DNA from: an uncultured virus (IMG/VR IMGVR_UViG_3300022927_000007) | Taxonomy: Duplodnaviria; Heunggongvirae; Uroviricota; Caudoviricetes | Length of the DNA: 64,000 bases | Direction: 5' to 3' (one strand) | IMG/VR virus record: IMGVR_UViG_3300022927_000007 | Shown: one piece after another, positions 58,201-64,000 of the stretch | Numbering within the stretch: position 1 is the stretch's first letter | How the letters are laid out: each line of letters starts with the position of its first letter | Made by a program: the position numbers and the translations under genes | The notes under the pieces: model-generated | Databases searched by the model: none | Told to the model about the DNA's origin: nothing | Seen by the model: only the letters and a program-made list of their open reading frames with translations

Positions 58201-58537
58201 AAGAAATGCAAGTGCGTTGGATAGAATTAACGTAGCACGTTTAGTAATTTACTTACGTTCACAACTTAAGAAACTTGCTAAGCCATACATTTTTGAGCCT
58301 AACGATAAAATCACACGCGATGAAATCAAGGCGCAAGTAGATAGCTTGATGCTAGAGTTAGTATCACAAAGAGCATTGTATGACTTCCTAGTTGTATGTG
58401 ATGAATCTAACAATACTCCAAGTAGAATTGATAGAAATGAATTGTACGTAGACATTGCTATTGAACCAGTTAAAGCAGTTGAATTTATTTACATTCCGTT
58501 AAGACTGAAAAACACTGGTGAAATTTCAGGGCTATAA
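55256..58537 (+). CDS. gp18: Tail sheath protein
   Basis: MALISPGVQVSVIDES, PWFAPAGTRRG, LYSLNINPI, GQKT, DRINVARL, FEPND, VVCDESNNTP..IDRNEL, P.KAVEFIYI. Confidence 0.95.
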   Translation: MALISPGVQVSVIDESFYTPAEPGTTPMLFVASKQDKANAAGTGTARGTTKANAGVPFLITSQRDLADTFGDPIFQTDANNNPVNGGELNEYGLQAAYSYLGVSNRAFVVRADVDLGELEPSASAPAAAPANGTYWFDTSLTKYGIFEWNSNAVTVTGGQSFTNKIPLVITSNTNLVGGSNTGLPKASVGQVGDYAVVTTTTTNKVYYKNSSGTWVKVGTADWVASHPTIKGTATNPTLVNGETIIINGTTTAVTGVNVTQMAADINGAGITGVTAGVVDSKLYIYSDGSSITDGGSDVDGAIEIAAGSSGTLLADLGLTAGTYYAPQLIIAPHTNVPGFKSSDTQPRPTGSVWFKMTEANLGAQMKVKVYNSTTKLWADKAAPVYKTHQEALYNLDKTGGGINLALGTVYVQSHTTEAENEELDFTIFARSTSGATKIVSSPVTASSLTAGTYGFTMAESDPNKAAIQGGKAISITVAGAITDADEIAGAINSAGFENIVASVDASNRVVIEHNDGGEIRIADTNSALGDIGFAAYNYSTKAGTANLYAAPAGDSVYDFHASNWRILTQTAGPDAPTALTTDGALWYNSIVDEVDIMVHNGTIWKGYANVYPDADPTGPIVSATEPTQQTDGSSPLVTGDLWISTADLENYPQVHKYNADLQKWIALDEGDQTTEDGILFADARFGTSGGTATEAPSGTIPELLVSDYLDTDAPDPALYPKGMLLWNLRRSGFNVKKFVRNYVDTTAKNVRQGDVSMALYYPHRWVTESANQPNGAGSFGRKAQRKVVIQALQAMVNSNQDIRDDESRLFNVMATPGYPELIGEMVSLNYDRGLTAFIVGDSPMRLASDATTLNDWGNNVALAVEDNDDGAVSRDEYLGMFYPSLFTSDNAGNNIIVPPSHGIIRTLALSDQVSYPWFAPAGTRRGGITNATAAGYIDAEGEFKSIALNEGQRDTLYSLNINPITFLTGAGLVNYGQKTRARNASALDRINVARLVIYLRSQLKKLAKPYIFEPNDKITRDEIKAQVDSLMLELVSQRALYDFLVVCDESNNTPSRIDRNELYVDIAIEPVKAVEFIYIPLRLKNTGEISGL

Positions 58538-58567
58538 TCGGATAAATAAAAGTAACAGGAGCATATA

Positions 58568-59197
58568 ATGGCAATATCAACACTTTCAAAATTAACAGTA
58601 CCATTAGATAGTAACGCAAGTGCATCTAATCAGGGACTATTGATGCCCAAATTACAATATCGTTTTAGAGTATCACTAGAAAACTTTGGGGTATCAAGTC
58701 CGTCAACCGAACTAACAAAACAAGTTATGGACGTAACAAGACCTAATGTTAGTTTTGAACAAATGACAGTTGACATTTACAACTCAAAAGTATTTTTAGC
58801 AGGTAAGCATACTTGGGAACCAATTACACTAAACTTGCGTGAAGATGTATCCAACAATGTACAAAAACTTGTTGGTGAACAACTTCAGAAACAATTTGAC
58901 TTCTTTGAGCAGTCAAGTGCGGCAAGTGGTGCAGACTACAAGTTTGTTACTAGAATTGAAATTTTAGATGGCGGTAACGGAGCGAACGCGGCAAGCGTAC
59001 TAGAAACATTTGAATTATACGGATGTTATTTAGAAAGCGCAAACTACAATAGCTTAAATTATGCAACTTCAGAAGTTGTTACTGTTGCCCTTTCTATACG
59101 TTACGATAATGCAATCCAATCACCACAAGGTACTGGTATTGGTACAGCAATTGGACGTACAATTAACACTGCTATTACAGGCGGCGGCGCTAGTTAA
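58568..59197 (+). CDS. gp19: Tail tube protein
   Basis: Follows the sheath. PKLQYRFRV, AGKHTWEPITL, ELYGCY, LNYATSE, IRYD. Promoter TAAATA at 58543-58548. Confidence 0.85.
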   Translation: MAISTLSKLTVPLDSNASASNQGLLMPKLQYRFRVSLENFGVSSPSTELTKQVMDVTRPNVSFEQMTVDIYNSKVFLAGKHTWEPITLNLREDVSNNVQKLVGEQLQKQFDFFEQSSAASGADYKFVTRIEILDGGNGANAASVLETFELYGCYLESANYNSLNYATSEVVTVALSIRYDNAIQSPQGTGIGTAIGRTINTAITGGGAS

Positions 59198-59218
59198 TTT
59201 TAAAAAAATAATAAAATT

Positions 59219-59242
59219 AGGGACTTTATTGTCCCTTTTTTT
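59219..59242 (+). terminator. Rho-independent terminator after the tail tube gene
   Basis: AGGGAC-TTTATT-GTCCCT-TTTTTT. Confidence 0.8.
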
Positions 59243-59288
59243 ATGACCGAATTATCTACACACTTAATTAAAAAGGCTAAATATTTGC

Positions 59289-60476
59289 ATGAGTTTCTTA
59301 AACGGTTTTTTAGATAATGTAGCATCGGGTGCTTTAAATCCTAAAGGTAATCTTGCGGATTTTGCCCACGCGGCTAGAACGTTTGTTGATGACAATCACA
59401 GACTTGCTCCTAAAGTTAAATTTCTTTATCACGTGTCTTTTAGTATTAATCCTCAAGCGGCAGCAATTATACCTCAGTTTGATCAACGACACAAAGACGA
59501 AATTTCTTTGTTAGTAAAAACAGCACAATTACCTGGATTTAATATCCAAACAGATGTAAAACATCAGTACAATAGAAAAAAAGTAATACAAAAAAGAATT
59601 GATTATACTCCTGTAGGAATTACTTTCCATGACGACAATCTTGGTATTTCTACAGCATTATGGGAAGCATATTATAGGTATTATTATAGAGATGGCAATT
59701 ATGCAAAAGTTGGACCTGCCGGAGGAGTTGAGCCATTAAACAGACATTATGATAATAGTTCATTATTTAACGAAAAGCAATATAGGTATGGATTTGATAA
59801 CGATAGTTTAACTCCGTTCTTTAATCACATTACAATCTATCAAATGTCAAGGAAGCGTTATACTGCATTTACATTAGTAAATCCCTTAATAGCATCTTGG
59901 ACACATGATACAATGGATTACAGTGATCAAGGTACTGGTGTAGAAAGTTCTATGCAGATTGAATATGAAACAGTTCACTACAGTAGAGGTCCTGTTAAAA
60001 ATGGCCAACCAGCAGGATTTGCTATAAACCATTACGATAAAATGCCAAGTCCTAATAGTTTATCAGGCGGCGGCGCCGCTAGTTTATTGGGAGTAGGAGG
60101 CGTACTTGCTGGAGGAATGGGAGTACTTGACGATATTACCGGAGGTAACGTTAGTTTCGGAACTGTACTTAAAGCCGCGAATGCGATTGGAAACGGAAAA
60201 TCATTAAATGCAAAAGGTATTGGACAAGAACTACTAGGTAGTGCAGTCGGCGCACTTGGACGTAGTCAAGGAATTGACGTAAGTGGAGTAGCAGGTGTTT
60301 CATTCCCAAGTGGAGGAATAGGACAACTAGGAACATTAGCAACAGCCGCCGCAGTAAGTTTAGGAGCAAAAGCAACAAGCAGTAGTAATCCATCAGGCGG
60401 AATACTTTCAGCGTTTGCAAATAAGACTCGATTACCTAACGCAAAGGCTGGACCAGGAGATGAATACGATGAGTGA
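59289..60476 (+). CDS. Tail tube-like baseplate/tube initiator protein (gp54/gp48-like)
   Basis: LVKTAQLPGF, QYNRK, YTPVGITFHDD, TLVNPLI, MDYS, IEYE tube-fold pattern; Gly-rich C-terminus. Confidence 0.6.
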   Translation: MSFLNGFLDNVASGALNPKGNLADFAHAARTFVDDNHRLAPKVKFLYHVSFSINPQAAAIIPQFDQRHKDEISLLVKTAQLPGFNIQTDVKHQYNRKKVIQKRIDYTPVGITFHDDNLGISTALWEAYYRYYYRDGNYAKVGPAGGVEPLNRHYDNSSLFNEKQYRYGFDNDSLTPFFNHITIYQMSRKRYTAFTLVNPLIASWTHDTMDYSDQGTGVESSMQIEYETVHYSRGPVKNGQPAGFAINHYDKMPSPNSLSGGGAASLLGVGGVLAGGMGVLDDITGGNVSFGTVLKAANAIGNGKSLNAKGIGQELLGSAVGALGRSQGIDVSGVAGVSFPSGGIGQLGTLATAAAVSLGAKATSSSNPSGGILSAFANKTRLPNAKAGPGDEYDE

Positions 60477-60855
60477 TACCGGATCAATTAGAGGAAATTT
60501 ACCTCCTAAGAAGGTAACTGACAGTGCAGATAACACTAAAAAATATTTTAATACATACTATGCTAAACAGCTATCATATCCTGCAAACGAAGTAGATGCA
60601 GTAATTGGATTTTTAGAACAAAAAGGGTTTGACCCCGCGGCGGCAGCGTCAACTGGCGCAATACTACTTCAACAAGCAAAACTTGATAACATTAAAGTGT
60701 TTGAATTATTAGATACATTATCTGGTTTTGATAAGCTACAGCTAAGTGCTACTGTTGCTCAAGTATTAAATTTTAATAGAGAAAAAACAAGTTCTATTGG
60801 ATTTAAAACTGATAATCAATATAATTATCTAGAAGCTAGAAACATTTTAGGTTAG
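60469..60855 (+). CDS. Hypothetical protein
   Basis: Likely start MSDTGS at 60469 (SD AGGAG at 60455-60459), overlapping the upstream stop. Confidence 0.65.
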   Translation: MSDTGSIRGNLPPKKVTDSADNTKKYFNTYYAKQLSYPANEVDAVIGFLEQKGFDPAAAASTGAILLQQAKLDNIKVFELLDTLSGFDKLQLSATVAQVLNFNREKTSSIGFKTDNQYNYLEARNILG

Positions 60856-60859
60856 TGTT

Positions 60860-61294
60860 ATGGCTAAGTTTGCTCAAGGCAAATATACTCTTAAAAATCC
60901 TGAAAAATATGTAGGAGGCAAAACACCAACATATAGAAGTGGATGGGAATTTGCTTTTATGAAATTCTGCGACGAAAATCCTAGCATACAAACTTGGGCA
61001 AGTGAAGCGATAAAAATACCTTATCGCAATCCATTTACAGGTAAAGCTACTATATACGTTCCAGACTTTTTTATACAATACAAAACTAAAAAAGGTAAAA
61101 ATATGGTTGAACTAATCGAAGTTAAACCTGATAATCAAACTATGATGGAAAAGGCAGGAAACAGTAAACATAATCAAGCACATGCAATATTAAATATGGC
61201 AAAATGGGAAGCCGCAAGAGCATATTGTAAATCAAAAGGAATAACATTTAGAGTTATCACAGAAAAAGATATGTTCCATCAAGGAAAACGATAA
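60860..61294 (+). CDS. gp4: Head completion nuclease (T4 gp4-like, TnsA-type fold)
   Basis: NPEKYVG, YRSGWE, WASE, IPY, YVPDF, IEVKP, KWEAA, FRVITE. Confidence 0.88.
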   Translation: MAKFAQGKYTLKNPEKYVGGKTPTYRSGWEFAFMKFCDENPSIQTWASEAIKIPYRNPFTGKATIYVPDFFIQYKTKKGKNMVELIEVKPDNQTMMEKAGNSKHNQAHAILNMAKWEAARAYCKSKGITFRVITEKDMFHQGKR

Positions 61295-61323
61295 ATAATA
61301 GTAGCAGTTAATGTGAGTATATA

Positions 61324-61812
61324 ATGACCAAAAAATTAGAAGAACTTCTTGACTTGCCTGATAGTAAAGAACTAATCAAGCAAGAACAAAAGAAAGAAAA
61401 AAAAGAAGTAGTTGAGCAACAAAATAACACGATGCGTGATATCGCAGAGTTTGATAAAATTGCTAGTGCATTGCCCGCAGTAAAAGGGCTAGGTGAAATG
61501 GCTGATAAAGAGCTTAACGAAATCGCTGACAAAGCAATGGAAGCATATGATGATCTAATGGACTTAGGTATGAATGTTGAAAGTCGATATGCTAGTAGAG
61601 TATTTGAAGTAGCAGGCGGCATGCTTAAAACATCGCTTGATGCTAAAGTTGCTAAGTTAGATAAAAAACTAAAAATGATTGACCTGCAACTTAAAAAAGA
61701 AAAAATGGACAAAGAAGGCGGAACTGGTGATGACGGCGTTATTTCTGGTGAAGGCTATATTATAACAGATCGTAATAGTTTACTTGAAAAACTTAAGAAT
61801 ATGGATAAATAA
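61324..61812 (+). CDS. Probable terminase small subunit (gp16-like)
   Basis: Helical; SRVFEVAGGMLK followed by a coiled coil and DRNSLL. Near gp17; TAAATA at 61292-61297. Confidence 0.55.
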   Translation: MTKKLEELLDLPDSKELIKQEQKKEKKEVVEQQNNTMRDIAEFDKIASALPAVKGLGEMADKELNEIADKAMEAYDDLMDLGMNVESRYASRVFEVAGGMLKTSLDAKVAKLDKKLKMIDLQLKKEKMDKEGGTGDDGVISGEGYIITDRNSLLEKLKNMDK

Positions 61813-61829
61813 TTTATAAGGACGGAAAC

Positions 61830-62390
61830 ATGTTTGAAAAATATCTAGCAGAAGCAAAAAAGATTTACGAGTTTAAAGTTGGAGTTGCAGGAGAATTACC
61901 TGACGGGTTTGCCGATTCAATTGAGACCGCGTTAAAGCGTTACAGTGTAGCGTCAATGAGCGCCGGAAAGAAAACACCAATTCAAGAACGTCCGCTAGAT
62001 TTTCCACAGTTATCTAATTGTGAAGTTACATATTACGAAGTTGCATTAAACTATCCTACTACACCACAGGTATTAGAGGAATACATTCCAATGTGTTGCG
62101 GTATTGACAGAGCTAATGTAATTGTACGTAATGTAAACGACCCAATTGACAGCTATCAAGAAACAGGCGATGGTAGTCCATATGTATCTAAACTAGAAAC
62201 ATTAGAAATGGAACAAGCCGATCCAAAGGCACAAAATACTGTTGGTACAAACAGAGTAATGGATTTACTCAAAGAACTAGAAACTGCAAGAAAGGAACAA
62301 GAATATGATCCTATTGCAGAAGTAAAATCAGGAAATCAAAAAGATATTAGTGATAAAGAAAATTCAGTGTCACCGATAGGGAGCAAATAA
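61830..62390 (+). CDS. Hypothetical protein
   Basis: 186 aa; TAAATA at 61806-61811 and SD AAGGA. Confidence 0.7.
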   Translation: MFEKYLAEAKKIYEFKVGVAGELPDGFADSIETALKRYSVASMSAGKKTPIQERPLDFPQLSNCEVTYYEVALNYPTTPQVLEEYIPMCCGIDRANVIVRNVNDPIDSYQETGDGSPYVSKLETLEMEQADPKAQNTVGTNRVMDLLKELETARKEQEYDPIAEVKSGNQKDISDKENSVSPIGSK

Positions 62391-62391
62391 T

Positions 62392-63279
62392 ATGGATATG
62401 AAAAAAATCTTACAAAATATGGACGCGGCAGCCGTCGGCAACAAACCTTTCAAAGGTGACGAAAATTATAACGATATGAAAAAGATCTTAGAAGGGTTGA
62501 ACAAAGTAAATCAACAACCAACTAAGCAAGTTATTAATGAATCAGCATCAATGAATATTAGCATGACAGCAGATGACGCAAGTCAAGTTGGTGAACTAAT
62601 GGCATTAATGCGTAATGCAGGTATGAATCCGCAACCAGTAGGAAATGCATTTATAGATAATCCAAACATCCCAGGACGTGACGATGTACCAGGAGACCAA
62701 GATCTAAAAGCAGGAGCACTTGGCTCTGCTGTAGGAGCAGGCTTAGGTGCAATGGCAGGCGGACCAATTGGCGCGGCAGTAGGCGGCGGCATTGGTTCAG
62801 CACTAACAAGCGATGATCATGACGATCCAAATATTCCAGGAAAAGATGATGTACCGGGTGACCAAGATCTACAAGCAGGAATGGGTGGATCATTAGCAGG
62901 CGGATTATTAGGCGGAGCGGCTGGACAAGTAGCAGGCGCACCAGCAAGTGCCGCATTAGGTGCCGCAGGAACAGCATTAGGAACAGCAGTTGGCGGACCA
63001 GTTGGCGGAGCAATTGGTGGCGCGGCAGGCAGAGCAATTCCAGCACTAGCAGGCTCAGTGGTTGGTTCAAAAATTGGTGACAAACTAACAGGCGAAGATT
63101 ACGAAAACGAGCCAGACGAAGATTATAGACCAGCTTCAGATATGGTTAGAGGCGGTAACGATATTAATAAGTCTAAAAAATCATATCCACCAGTAGCAGG
63201 CGGAGATAATCCAATGGCAATAAAAGATAAAATTAAAGAAGAGTTATCAGCACTTTACAAACAATTTCAAAATAAGTAA
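62392..63279 (+). CDS. Glycine-zipper protein with internal duplication
   Basis: Two D(N/D)PNIPG(R/K)DDVPGDQDL(K/Q)AG units, each followed by GxxxG runs. Confidence 0.75.
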   Translation: MDMKKILQNMDAAAVGNKPFKGDENYNDMKKILEGLNKVNQQPTKQVINESASMNISMTADDASQVGELMALMRNAGMNPQPVGNAFIDNPNIPGRDDVPGDQDLKAGALGSAVGAGLGAMAGGPIGAAVGGGIGSALTSDDHDDPNIPGKDDVPGDQDLQAGMGGSLAGGLLGGAAGQVAGAPASAALGAAGTALGTAVGGPVGGAIGGAAGRAIPALAGSVVGSKIGDKLTGEDYENEPDEDYRPASDMVRGGNDINKSKKSYPPVAGGDNPMAIKDKIKEELSALYKQFQNK

Positions 63280-63304
63280 TAATAAACTCTACTACTACTA
63301 ACTC

Positions 63305-63331
63305 AATACCCGCTTCGGCGGGTATTTTTTT
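63305..63331 (+). terminator. Rho-independent terminator
   Basis: AATACCCGC-TTCG-GCGGGTATT-TTTTT. Confidence 0.92.
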
Positions 63332-63345
63332 GGTTAAATAGTATT

Positions 63346-64000
63346 ATGGCATCATCATTAGACGGCGTCTTAATTAAGAAGGCGAATAAAAAAGAAACAT
63401 TCACTGACACACAGATTGAAGATCTTGCAAAGTGTATGGATCCAACAAACGGTTATATGCACTTTGCTAAAAAGTTTGCATTCATTCAGCACCCCGTAAA
63501 AGGAAAACTGTTGTTTGCACCGTTTGACTATCAAGAACGTCTACTAAAAAGTTATCATGATTTTCGATTTAATATTAACATGTTGCCTAGACAAACGGGC
63601 AAAACAACGTGTGCCGCAGTATATCTAGCATGGTATGCAATGTTCCACCCAGATCAAACAATACTAATTGCCGCACACAAGTATACAGGTGCACAAGAAA
63701 TTATGCAACGTATTCGATATGTTTATGAATGCTGTCCGGATTATATTAGAGCAGGTGTTACAAGTTATAACAAAGGTAGCATTGAGTTTGAAAATGGAAG
63801 TAGAATTGTTAGTGCAACAACAACTGAAAATACTGGCCGTGGTATGAGTATCTCGTTGCTATATTGTGATGAGTTTGCATTTGTTGGTCCTAATATTGCT
63901 ACTGAGTTTTGGACTGCTATTTCACCTACACTAGCAACAGGTGGTCGCGCTATTATTACAAGTACACCAAACAGTGATGAAGATACATTTGCAATGATTT
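63346..64000 (+). CDS. gp17: Terminase large subunit (5' part, runs off the window)
   Basis: Manual translation: MASSLDGVLIKK...DYQERLL...MLPRQTGKTT (Walker A)...FENGSRI...GRGMSISLLYCDEFAFV (Walker B)...IITSTPN. Confidence 0.95.
   Translation, partial: MASSLDGVLIKKANKKETFTDTQIEDLAKCMDPTNGYMHFAKKFAFIQHPVKGKLLFAPFDYQERLLKSYHDFRFNINMLPRQTGKTTCAAVYLAWYAMFHPDQTILIAAHKYTGAQEIMQRIRYVYECCPDYIRAGVTSYNKGSIEFENGSRIVSATTTENTGRGMSISLLYCDEFAFVGPNIATEFWTAISPTLATGGRAIITSTPNSDEDTFAMI

Noticed and set aside
312..63083. Numerous 60-180 aa ORFs antisense to or nested in the large genes (e.g. 22407..22940, 11628..12095, 62651..63070)
   Set aside because: They are shadow ORFs of strongly biased coding sequence, with no SD or promoter context and no recognisable motifs.
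1..64000. CRISPR array, tRNA or rRNA genes
   Set aside because: No regularly spaced repeats with spacers were seen. Intergenic gaps are short and none folds as a cloverleaf by eye; tRNAscan-SE would confirm.
1..64000. Stop-codon reassignment
   Set aside because: TAA, TAG (e.g. 11705, 32685, 33269) and TGA (e.g. 31380, 54872, 60476) all end genes at sensible boundaries, and long ORFs are uninterrupted under the standard code.
63346..64000. Intein or intron in the terminase gene
   Set aside because: The visible part reads continuously from Walker A to Walker B and the STP motif; the remainder is outside the window.

Overview
This window is a 64 kb, AT-rich segment of a large T4-like (myovirus) bacteriophage, most likely aquatic. 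No host genes, tRNA/rRNA or CRISPR array were seen. It runs from the 3' end of the major capsid gene (gp23-like) into a roughly 26 kb block of very large, modular virion/fibre genes. That block holds two paralogous pairs, small adaptor-like genes, and three tandem Cys/Gly-rich paralogs followed by a fibre-chaperone-like gene. Next is an 11-gene enzyme operon behind a late-type promoter: a GT9-like glycosyltransferase, several 2OG-Fe(II) oxygenases, a carbamoyltransferase, a flavin-dependent halogenase, an SGNH-like protein and GmhB. More baseplate/fibre genes follow, then a minus-strand operon (gp14, gp15, NUDIX, two halogenases, HldE, HldD, cupin), and finally gp13, dNMP kinase, an HNH-like gene, tail sheath, tail tube, gp4, a gp16-like gene and the start of terminase gp17. 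The most notable signals are: a candidate virion-decoration system (ADP-heptose pathway plus tailoring enzymes next to Cys-rich fibre-tip paralogs), phycobiliprotein-like helical motifs and a cupredoxin-type site in virion proteins, a recurring 'hydrophobic C-terminal peptide + small adaptor gene' architecture, TAAATA-N5-ATG leaderless late genes, and two structured 5' leaders. All family assignments come from recognising motifs by eye; no database searches were run.
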